NCBI GenBank assembly: GCA_029565915.1
Contig: JAKQNG010000241.1
Span: forward strand, 6,356 to 70,355
Reading direction: 5' to 3'
DNA length: 64,000 nucleotides
From: Deltaproteobacteria bacterium
Lineage (GTDB): Bacteria > Myxococcota_A > Polyangia > JAAYKL01
The notes under the pieces were generated by a model. The model did no database searches, had not been told where the DNA came from, and worked only from the letters and a program-made list of their open reading frames with translations. This document shows, piece after piece, positions 56,860-64,000 of the stretch. The stretch's first letter is position 1. Every line of letters starts with the position of its first letter. The position numbers were made by a program, and so were the translations under genes.

Positions 56860-57744
56860 TCAGTCAGATATCGGCGCAACCCAGAATGCGTCCTCCATCG
56901 CTCTGAGGCTCAATCTTTCGCCCTCAGACCAGGTCACTTCCCAATCCACGAGTCCGTCACAGGTCAGAATTTGAAGCATCACTTCTTCCCGAACGTCGTC
57001 CTGCAGTGTGAGGCATGCATCCTCGGTGTAAGTCAGATCTGAGAACAGTACCTGATCTCCATCCACCTGGAATATGCCGGTGCCGCTGTTGCACCCCGTG
57101 TCGAAAGACATCACGCCATTCTCCTGAAACGCCACTGTTGCTGTCGTCGTCCATCCGTCGCTGGTAATAATGTCGTAAACCAGGCATTGAACGACCTCCC
57201 AACGGGTTCCCTCCAGTAGCCAATTGGGCGATACCGTCGCCGCATCAATGAATTCAATCTGGACATCATTGGCTTCAAAAAAGCCGGCCAGCACCAGAGT
57301 GTCGCCGTCTGTTGTGACAACGGGATCGGATTCCAGGAACGCGATCAACATCTCCACCTGCGCGTCCAGATATTCACCACAGCTGACCATATACATATCG
57401 ATGGTTTCCACAACGAGGGTATTCCCATTCATTGCGATGGGATACTGAATGCTGTTGCATCCACCAAATGCATAGAACACACCATCCTCTCCAAATCGAA
57501 CCTCAAACAGCGTTCCGGTGAGGAGTGGCTCCGCCGTTCCGTCTCGAATGATTTCCCGTGCGACAAACGTTCGCCCGATCAACGACACCAGAACGTCGTC
57601 GGTAGAGCCGCTCTCCGAATCCCCATTCGAGTATTCGGTTCCATCCGTATCAGCCGTATCAGCCGTACCACCCGTTGCAGGTGCATGACACCCACTGACT
57701 GAAAACACGAACCACAGGTAAAACGCCAGACTCGGACTTTTCAT
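56860..57744 (-). CDS. Lipoprotein with two META (HslJ-like) domains
   Basis: Lipobox VFSVSGC; acidic TADTADTDGTEYSNGDSESGSTDD. META-like blocks FGGCNSIQYPIAMNGNTLVV..MVSC and LEGTRWEVV..FDTGCNSGTGIFQVDGDQVLFSDLTYTEDAC. Visibly lower GC than neighbouring genes. Confidence 0.7.
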   Translation of the reverse strand: MKSPSLAFYLWFVFSVSGCHAPATGGTADTADTDGTEYSNGDSESGSTDDVLVSLIGRTFVAREIIRDGTAEPLLTGTLFEVRFGEDGVFYAFGGCNSIQYPIAMNGNTLVVETIDMYMVSCGEYLDAQVEMLIAFLESDPVVTTDGDTLVLAGFFEANDVQIEFIDAATVSPNWLLEGTRWEVVQCLVYDIITSDGWTTTATVAFQENGVMSFDTGCNSGTGIFQVDGDQVLFSDLTYTEDACLTLQDDVREEVMLQILTCDGLVDWEVTWSEGERLSLRAMEDAFWVAPISD

Positions 57745-57962
57745 GAATTGGACATCGGACGGATGAAGCCCCTTTTCCTGCTGTCTGAAAGTCATCGTTT
57801 CTTCCATCCATTCGCCTTGTTTCTGTCATCTTGAAGGATATCGTACCCGCTTTGCCGGGAAACGGCAGAATTTTTCACGATCTTATGCAGCGAAATCGAA
57901 ATTGCGAACGGGCTCCTGGACGGAAGGCGGACGGGATGCGGGAGCAGGGCTCCACTGTCCGG

Positions 57963-58667
57963 TCACTCGATAGGACCGAGGCACGGCACCAGATCCCACA
58001 GGGCGTTCAGGTACTCCTGGCAGGGCGGCACGGGAGGGGCGCCGGGTTCGGTGAACAGGTACTGGTACTGGGGCCAGTCCGGCGGGGTGCAGGAGCTGCC
58101 GAAGAACCAGCAGGTCCCGTTTGCGTCGGGGACCACCTGAACGACCGGGTCGCAGCCCATGGCGGCGTCCATGCAGTGGGTAAACTGCGGCGGCATCACG
58201 CATCCGGCATTCTGGACGATGGGCGCTCCGTACACCGGGAGGCAGGAGTTCATCTGCGAGCAGGTATTTTCATCGATGCCCGCGCAGTGATCTCCGCAGG
58301 CCATGTCGGTGCACACCACCTGCCGCCCGCCCCGGGCCGAGGCCACGCAGGTGCAGGTGTTGCAGCCGTCCAGGGCGGGAAAACTCTCGTCCACAGAATA
58401 GAGGGCACCTCCGTACCCGCACTGGCCCGGAGGGTCGGAGTCGAAATCCGAGTCGATGTCGATATCCAGATCACCGTCGGCGTCGGAATCGCTGTCTGAG
58501 TCTGAATCGGAATCGGAGTCGGAGTCGCTGTCGGTATCGCTGTCGGAATCGCTGTCGGAGTCGCTGTCCCCATCTGCAATCGCGCCGTCTTCGTCTCCCG
58601 CCCCGGACGCATAACACCCCGCCGTCAGAATTCCGATGGAGAGCAGAAACCAGATTGCTCGGGACAT
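57963..58667 (-). CDS. Lipoprotein with poly-Asp-Ser linker and large Cys-rich domain
   Basis: Lipobox ILTAGC; ~45 aa of DS repeats; 16 Cys downstream, including CNTCTC..G..CTDMAC. Confidence 0.65.
   Translation of the reverse strand: MSRAIWFLLSIGILTAGCYASGAGDEDGAIADGDSDSDSDSDSDTDSDSDSDSDSDSDSDSDADGDLDIDIDSDFDSDPPGQCGYGGALYSVDESFPALDGCNTCTCVASARGGRQVVCTDMACGDHCAGIDENTCSQMNSCLPVYGAPIVQNAGCVMPPQFTHCMDAAMGCDPVVQVVPDANGTCWFFGSSCTPPDWPQYQYLFTEPGAPPVPPCQEYLNALWDLVPCLGPIE
58436..58575 (-). repeat. In-frame tandem hexanucleotide repeats encoding the (DS)n linker
   Basis: gaatcggaatcggagtcggagtcgctgtcggtatcgctgtcggaatcgctgtcggagtcgctgtc. Confidence 0.9.
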
Positions 58668-58867
58668 TGTCCGCCTCCCGTGTACTGCGCATCGAAGAGC
58701 ACCGATCCAGTATAGCCGTGCGCGAGCGGATCGGATTGAAATTTTTTCCCACTCCAGCAGCCACAGCAGAAGGGAAAATCGAGCGGCTGCGCGTCCACAC
58801 GCTTGCGCAGGTGGTGTTCTGTCCGGCCACCGGCCACTCCTTTCACAGACAGAGTTCCCGACGGGTC

Positions 58868-58916
58868 GAATAAATTGTAAATTCTATTGACAATTTATTC
58901 CAGCACACGCTAACTA
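58868..58916 (+). promoter_or_regulatory. Perfect 11-nt inverted repeat (gaataaattgt N11 acaatttattc) overlapping a -35 TTGACA / -10 TAACTA promoter candidate
   Basis: IR arms at 58868-78 and 58890-900. TTGACA at 58887-92, 18-nt spacer, TAACTA at 58911-16. The A of ATG 58923 is 7 nt downstream and there is no SD. Confidence 0.4.
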
Positions 58917-58922
58917 TTTATT

Positions 58923-60098
58923 ATGATTGACAGAAACATTGAATCCAAGCTGCTGGAGTACGCGTCGTACTACCCCGTCGTCACGGTCACCGGACCCCGG
59001 CAGTCCGGGAAAACCACTCTGTGCAAAAAAGTGTTTCCAGACAAGCGATACATCTCCCTTGAGACCATCGCCACGCGCGACTATGCCCGTGAGGATCCCC
59101 ACGGTTTCCTGGAGGAATACCGACAGGGGGCCATCCTCGATGAGATCCAGCAGGCACCTCAGCTGCTCAGCTACCTGCAGACCGATGTGGACGAGAACCC
59201 CGTGCCGGGGCGATTCATCCTGACCGGATCGCAGCACTTCGCCCTGTCCGCGTCCATCGCCCAGTCCATGGCCGGTCGCACCGGCATCCTCCACCTGCTG
59301 CCCCTCAGCTTTGATGAGATCAGGCGCTTCCCTTCCGCGCCCGACGCGCTGCTCGAAGCGATGTGGACCGGCGGCTATCCGCGGATTCTCGATCAGCAGA
59401 TTCCGCCGCAGATCTGGCTGGAGGATTACCTGACCACCTATGTGCAAAGGGACGTACGCCAGCTCCTCAATGTCGGCGACCTGTCCGCATTCGTTTCGTT
59501 TGTCCGGCTCTGCGCAGGACGCACCGGACAGATCCTCAATCTGTCCACCCTCGGCGCGGATTGCGGCATCAGTCACAACACGGCCCGCGCCTGGCTCAGT
59601 GTGCTCGAAACCAGCTTTCTCATCTGGCGGTTGCCGGCCTGGCACACCGGTATCCGCAAGCAGATCGTCAAATCCCCGAAGATCCACTTCCTGGACAGTG
59701 GCCTTGTGTGCTGTCTCCTCGGCATCCAGACGCCGGAGCAACTGCGCCACCATCCGTTGCGCGGCGCCATCTTCGAAAGCTGGGCGGTCTCCGAGGTCGT
59801 CAAGCAAAGGATGCAGGCGGGGATGCAGCCCCGGTTGTTCCATTTCCGGGACAGCAGAGGGCTGGAAGTGGATCTGGTGGAGGAGGACGGCGATCAACTG
59901 ATCCTGACGGAGCTGAAGTCCGGACAGACGATCACCGGTCAATTCTTTGCTCCGCTCGAAAAAGTGGCGTCGCTGATCCTGCCGGATCCCCGGTTTTCCA
60001 GGGTGCAGACCCGCGTGATATACGGCGGCGAGGAAGCCCGGGCCAGCGCATCCATGGCGGTCGTTCCCTGGCGGGACATCAAGTACCGGAAGGAATGA
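58923..60098 (+). CDS. AAA_14-type ATPase with DUF4143-like C-terminal domain (paralog of 47312..48475)
   Basis: GPRQSGKTT, AILDEIQ, FILTGS. C-terminus FRDSRGLEVDLVEEDGDQLILTELKSG (D..ExK). Alignable over its full length with the first copy (roughly 45% identity by eye). Confidence 0.8.
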   Translation: MIDRNIESKLLEYASYYPVVTVTGPRQSGKTTLCKKVFPDKRYISLETIATRDYAREDPHGFLEEYRQGAILDEIQQAPQLLSYLQTDVDENPVPGRFILTGSQHFALSASIAQSMAGRTGILHLLPLSFDEIRRFPSAPDALLEAMWTGGYPRILDQQIPPQIWLEDYLTTYVQRDVRQLLNVGDLSAFVSFVRLCAGRTGQILNLSTLGADCGISHNTARAWLSVLETSFLIWRLPAWHTGIRKQIVKSPKIHFLDSGLVCCLLGIQTPEQLRHHPLRGAIFESWAVSEVVKQRMQAGMQPRLFHFRDSRGLEVDLVEEDGDQLILTELKSGQTITGQFFAPLEKVASLILPDPRFSRVQTRVIYGGEEARASASMAVVPWRDIKYRKE

Positions 60099-60135
60099 AC
60101 GCCGGCGTCCGCTTCATCATGCTCCGCGAGTTTCC

Positions 60136-60511
60136 TCAATCCTGTCTGCGGATGATGTCCTTCAGGGCGGGGATCAGCCGTTCAAACAGATGGGGATGGC
60201 TCTCCACCAGCCGGGCAATGTCGCTCAGGTCTTTCATCCGCTTGCTCTGCCGTTGTCCCTCGTCCTTGCACCCTTCCATCTTGCCGCGCAGGGTATCTTC
60301 GAGAGACGCTACACGCATCAGAATCCCGTGCACGTCTGCGGGCACCACCAGATCCACATCGCGTCACCATCGGCTCGGATGCCCAGTGGTTCACCGCGAT
60401 GCCGCCAATCGCGCACCATCGGATGTCCGCCCTCTCCAGGCAATCCACCATGCGCATGACGTCATCGGTGCCTCCGGCCGTCTGCCAGTCATAGAATTTT
60501 TTCGGTGTCAT
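60136..60511 (-). pseudogene. Nucleotidyltransferase-fold protein (MNT/DUF6036-like) interrupted by a frameshift
   Basis: Two overlapping ORFs (60182..60511 and 60136..60357) join as ..IRWCAIGGIAVNHWASEPMVTR / (D)VDLVVPADVHGILMR..KDLSDIARLV. The frame changes around 60355-60365. AAGGAG precedes ATG 60511. Confidence 0.5.
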
Positions 60512-60660
60512 CGTCCGACTCCTTCGAAGAGCCGCCTTCCGCGGTTTGATGCTCTCCGCGATGGTACGCGAAATGGCACACTGGACAATTCTTTACGACG
60601 GGCGCATCGTGGTGTAATGCTTGACGGCGAGATGACAGCGTTGCGTCACATTTCATACAG

Positions 60661-60702
60661 GGAATAATTATTCCGGGAATGTGAAATAATCCACACGTGT
60701 GG
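60661..60702. promoter_or_regulatory. Two perfect palindromes in an AT-rich spacer: ggaataattattcc (60661-74) and ccacacgtgtgg (60691-702)
   Basis: Read directly from the sequence. They lie upstream (minus-strand sense) of the nucleotidyltransferase pseudogene. Confidence 0.35.
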
Positions 60703-60807
60703 AAAATTGCCCGGCAGCGGCCAGAATTCCAAATAATCTAATAATATCAATCTGTTAGGGCTTAATCAGCCCTGGCAAGACCGGGCGATTGGCCGCAGCG
60801 GGCCCAC

Positions 60808-60841
60808 CACAATCGCCCTTTGTGGAAAACAGGGGCGCGTG
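60808..60841 (+). repeat. Copy B of the 34-nt direct repeat (cacaatcgccctttgtggaaaacaggggcgcgtg)
   Basis: 32/34 identical to 56761..56794. It ends 4 nt before the ATG of the SDR gene. Confidence 0.9.
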
Positions 60842-60845
60842 TTAC

Positions 60846-61598
60846 ATGCCGGCCATGGACGATTTCCTTTCACTGCAGGGACGAACGGCACTGGTCACCG
60901 GTGGCGGCCGGGGCATCGGCGCCGCCATCGTGCGGGCATTCCACGCCCGGGGCGCCCGGGTCCTCTTCACCTTCCGGAGCAATGAAGCCGCCGCGCGCGC
61001 GCTGGAGAAGGAATGTGCGGGAACCATTGCCCTGCAGTCGGATGCGGCCCACCTGCCGTCGGCGGAACACGCGGTCGCCCGTGCCATTGACGCCTTCGGC
61101 GGCCTGCACATCGTCGTTGCCAGCGCCGGCATCGCTAGGGACAGGGTGTGCTGGAAACTCGCCGAAGACGACTTCGACGCGGTCATCGACACCAACCTGA
61201 AAGGCGTGTTTGCCGTTGTCCGGGCCGCTGTCCCCCACCTGCGGAGCCAGTCCGGGGGACGCATCATCGCCATCTCCTCCATCAACGGCATCCGCGGAAA
61301 AGGCGGGCAGTCGGCCTACGCCGCGTCCAAGGGCGGCGTCATCGCGTTCATTAAATCGGTGGCACGGGAAACCGGTTCGAAGAACATCACCGCCAACGTG
61401 GTGGCCCCGGGTTTCATCCGCACGGACATGACCGCGGACCTGCCCGACGACGTGGTGCAGAAGGCCGTCTCCGAAACGGCCCTCGGACGTCCGGGCACAC
61501 CCGAAAATGTGGCGGACGCCGTGTTGTTCCTTGCCAGCGACCGCGCCGCGCACATCACGGGCCAGGTGTTGCACGTGGATGGCGGCCAGTTAATGTAG
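60846..61598 (+). CDS. Short-chain dehydrogenase/reductase (3-oxoacyl-ACP or acetoacetyl-CoA reductase type, FabG/PhaB-like)
   Basis: TGGGRGIG, NAG-like SAGI, catalytic S..YAASK, PGFIRTDM. Adjacent to a thiolase gene. Confidence 0.85.
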   Translation: MPAMDDFLSLQGRTALVTGGGRGIGAAIVRAFHARGARVLFTFRSNEAAARALEKECAGTIALQSDAAHLPSAEHAVARAIDAFGGLHIVVASAGIARDRVCWKLAEDDFDAVIDTNLKGVFAVVRAAVPHLRSQSGGRIIAISSINGIRGKGGQSAYAASKGGVIAFIKSVARETGSKNITANVVAPGFIRTDMTADLPDDVVQKAVSETALGRPGTPENVADAVLFLASDRAAHITGQVLHVDGGQLM

Positions 61599-61607
61599 GC
61601 AATCATC

Positions 61608-62798
61608 ATGAACGAAAAAGACATTGTCATTGTCAGCGCGGTCCGGACCCCCATCGGCCGGTTCGGCGGCACCCTGCGCGAGGTAAATGCCTTTGAACTC
61701 GGCGCCGCAGCCATGGATGCCGCACTGAAACGCGCCGGCCTCGACCCTTCCGCTGTCAGCGAAGTGCTCTCCGGCATGTGCCGACAGGCGGGAAACGGCC
61801 CCAACCCGGCCCGGTCCGCCGCCCTCCTCGCGGGCATCCCGGCCGATGTACCCGCCGCCACCATCAACATGGCCTGCCCGTCGGGCATGAAAACCCTGCT
61901 GTTGGCCGCGGACACCCTCCGCGCGGGAAACGCCGACGTCTGCCTGTGCGGCGGCATGGACTCCATGTCCACCATCCCCCACCTGGTGCGGGGCCTGCGC
62001 TTCAAGCCGAAAAAAATGGGCGACCTGGCCATCGAGGACGGCTGGAAGGACGCCACGGACCCCATTGCGCAGACCACCATGGGCGATTGTGCGGAGCGTC
62101 TCGCAAGGGAACGGGGCATTTCCCGGGCCGACCAGGACGCCTGCGCGCTGGAAAGTCACCGCCGGGCAACTGCCGCCGCGACGTCCGGTGGCTTTGACGC
62201 GGAGCTGGTGCCCCTGTCCCTGCCCGCGGCGTTCGGCCACGGCCCCGTGGCCCTGACTGCGGACGAAACACCCCGGCCGGACACCACCATTGAGCGACTC
62301 GCCGCCCTGCCCCCGGCCTTTGCGCCGGACGGCTCCGTCACGGCGGGCAACAGCTCCGCCATGTCCGACGGCGCCTGTGCGCTGGTGGTGATGACGAGGA
62401 GCGAAGCCATCCGTCGCGGCTGCGCGCCCCTCGCGCGGCTGGTCGCCGGGGTCTCCATCGCGGTGGACGGCGCCTTCATGGGCGACGGCCCTTCCCGCTC
62501 CATCCCGGCGGTGCTCCACAGGGCGGGCATGACCCTCGCCGACATGGACCTCATTGAAGTGAACGAAGCCTTTGCCGTGCAGATGCTCGCCAACGAACGC
62601 GCCCTTTCCTGGAACCGGGAACGGGTGAACGTCCACGGCGGCGCCATCGCCCTCGGCCATCCCACGGGAATCTCCGGCGCCCGCATCGTCGTCACCCTCC
62701 TCCACGCCCTGCGCGCCCGCAACGGCCGGTTCGGCCTCGCGGCCATCTGCGGCGCCGGCGGCGTTTCCACGGCCCTGATTGTCGAGAGGGAAGGCTGA
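61608..62798 (+). CDS. Acetyl-CoA C-acetyltransferase (thiolase II)
   Basis: VIVSAVRTPIGRFGG, INMACPSGMK (active Cys), NEAFA, NVHGGAIALGHP, CGAGG. Confidence 0.9.
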   Translation: MNEKDIVIVSAVRTPIGRFGGTLREVNAFELGAAAMDAALKRAGLDPSAVSEVLSGMCRQAGNGPNPARSAALLAGIPADVPAATINMACPSGMKTLLLAADTLRAGNADVCLCGGMDSMSTIPHLVRGLRFKPKKMGDLAIEDGWKDATDPIAQTTMGDCAERLARERGISRADQDACALESHRRATAAATSGGFDAELVPLSLPAAFGHGPVALTADETPRPDTTIERLAALPPAFAPDGSVTAGNSSAMSDGACALVVMTRSEAIRRGCAPLARLVAGVSIAVDGAFMGDGPSRSIPAVLHRAGMTLADMDLIEVNEAFAVQMLANERALSWNRERVNVHGGAIALGHPTGISGARIVVTLLHALRARNGRFGLAAICGAGGVSTALIVEREG

Positions 62799-62945
62799 CA
62801 TCGTCGACGTCTCCGAATCTGCCAACCCGGTTGTCACTTCCGTCAATCCGGTTGACTCTCCCGAAGGAAAAAGTCCTCTGAATTCACCCCCCGGGCTCCG
62901 GCACCATTCATGCAAAGAGCAATCGTAGAAAGGTCAGGAAACCGG

Positions 62946-64000
62946 ATGACAAAAAACCTTTGCACCATTCTCCTCATTGCGCTGGCTGCCGTCAGCGCCT
63001 GCCGGGACCTGGACACGGCGGGCAACTGCCCGGTGTCCACGACCGTTCAGAACTCCTGGCCCGTCGCCTGCAGTGGCCGGACAAGAGTGGACCTCCTGGT
63101 GGTCGTGGACCGCTCCACCTCCATGGAGAGGGCCCGGATGCTGCTGCCGGGCGCCATCTTCGGATTCATCAACGCCATGCTCTTTCCCCTGCCCGCGTCG
63201 GGCACCCTGCCCGCTGACAGCGTGAACATCGCGGTGATTGGCGCGGATTCCGGACTGGCGGCAGATGGCAGCCCGGCGCAGCCGTCCCTGCCACCGGAAT
63301 GCACGGGAGACAGTGCAGAGCCGCCGACGTTCATCAATGACTACATCGACGCCGACGCCACCCTGGACATTCCCTTGCAGGTGATTCCCTGCGACGCAAG
63401 CGGCGACCAGTGTCCACCCGGGTGGGTCTGCGAGGGAATGGACACATCCGGAACGGGTCTCTGTGTGGACCCGACGGGGGATGGCACCGGTGTCCCCTGC
63501 CCACCTTCGCCGGCGCAGCAAGAGCAAAGCTACGTGAGCGCAGGAACATACGGGAGCTATTCCCCTGACGAGACGAGTATCCCGATGCTGGCCGCCTGCC
63601 TGGCCGATGCCGCGCCTCCGGGATGCGACCTGCCTCAGGGCATCAAGGCCGCTGCCGCCGCTCTGGCCGAGGACACCTCCTTCATGGCAGAAGACTCCCT
63701 CCTGGTGGTGCTCGTGGTCTCCAACCGGGATGACCTCTCCCTGGCCGACGTGGCCGGATTCCTGGCCACCGACGAATACCGCGCGTATGGCCTCCCGGCG
63801 ATGAACTGGATTGCGGGCAATCACCCGGACCTGCTGATGTCGCCGGAGGACCTGCGACAGGCGCTGTTTGATGTCAAGGCAACGGTGAGTGGCATGGGCC
63901 GTGCCATGGGTACGGTCATGTTCGCGGCCATCACCGGGGTTCCGCCGGTGCCGGAGTGCCAGGGAAGAGGAACTGAGCTGGCCGATTGTCTGGACCATCC
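62946..64000 (+). CDS. Cys-rich lipoprotein with VWA-like domain, partial (3' end beyond the right edge)
   Basis: Absent from the track because it is open at the edge. Hand translation gives MTKNLCTILLIALAAVSAC (lipobox), MIDAS-like VDLLVVVDRSTSM, and 16 Cys in 351 codons with no stop to base 64000. All listed plus ORFs here are in other frames. Confidence 0.65.
   Translation, partial: MTKNLCTILLIALAAVSACRDLDTAGNCPVSTTVQNSWPVACSGRTRVDLLVVVDRSTSMERARMLLPGAIFGFINAMLFPLPASGTLPADSVNIAVIGADSGLAADGSPAQPSLPPECTGDSAEPPTFINDYIDADATLDIPLQVIPCDASGDQCPPGWVCEGMDTSGTGLCVDPTGDGTGVPCPPSPAQQEQSYVSAGTYGSYSPDETSIPMLAACLADAAPPGCDLPQGIKAAAAALAEDTSFMAEDSLLVVLVVSNRDDLSLADVAGFLATDEYRAYGLPAMNWIAGNHPDLLMSPEDLRQALFDVKATVSGMGRAMGTVMFAAITGVPPVPECQGRGTELADCLDH

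Noticed and set aside
56773-57042. 89-aa plus-strand ORF starting inside repeat copy A
   Set aside because: It is antisense to the well-supported META lipoprotein gene for most of its length, has no SD and no motif. The apparent shared peptide (QSPF.ENRG) with the 60789 ORF is just the repeated DNA read in the same frame.
60489-60656. 55-codon minus-strand ORF (MKCDATLSS..NCPVCHFAYHRGEHQ..) upstream of, and overlapping, the nucleotidyltransferase start; considered as a possible small antitoxin or zinc-ribbon partner
   Set aside because: It is below the track threshold, has no SD, has only one CxxC plus His residues, and overlaps the better-supported ATG 60511 in another frame. The evidence is insufficient.
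56795-60807. Searched the islet and the rest of the window for integrase, transposase, recombinase or phage genes, IS-type terminal inverted repeats, and rRNA/tRNA/tmRNA integration targets
   Set aside because: None was found in any frame. The islet is therefore reported only as a hypothesis in the findings, not as an annotated mobile element.

Overview
This is a high-GC bacterial chromosomal segment (roughly 60-65% GC by eye), densely coding on both strands. I support about 50 CDS and saw no rRNA, tRNA, CRISPR array, transposase or integrase. All calls come from reading the ORF translations and the DNA; no database search was run.

Housekeeping genes: rph-rdgB, queD, greA, recG, nadD, rsmE, prmA, xth, an RluA-type pseudouridine synthase, an HDAC-family deacylase, a Ste24-type M48 protease, and an SDR reductase plus thiolase pair.

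Signalling genes: a REC-GAF-HD-GYP regulator with a HAMP kinase, two hybrid kinases, a Cys-cluster PAS kinase, a HAMP-only sensor, and an ECF sigma with a FecR anti-sigma.

Other content: three very large TPR/HEAT scaffold proteins and many secreted Cys-rich lipoproteins. The domain repertoire (PEGA, an AgmX/PglI-like tail, giant TPR proteins, poly-Asp-Ser lipoproteins, VWA lipoproteins) resembles Myxococcota or deltaproteobacteria. That is only an inference.

Most unusual observations:
1. Two roughly 45%-identical AAA_14/DUF4143-type ATPases carry a visible PD-(D/E)xK-like motif. Each sits behind an AT-rich pocket whose promoter geometry predicts a leaderless mRNA. One is translationally coupled to exonuclease III.
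2. The second ATPase lies in a ~4-kb lower-GC islet (56.8-60.8 kb) bounded by 32/34-identical direct repeats. The islet also holds a frameshifted nucleotidyltransferase.
3. At least four unrelated lipoproteins share an Asp-Ser/Thr tether placed directly after the lipobox Cys.
4. A 1006-aa protein has an N-terminus that keeps the two-motif MshEN scaffold but lacks the c-di-GMP contact residues.
5. Several unusual Cys motifs occur: (CPxC)3 in a thermonuclease, a pacifastin-like pattern in a lipoprotein, and a Cys cluster in a PAS domain.

Many long ORFs in the track are antisense shadows of real genes and were rejected.
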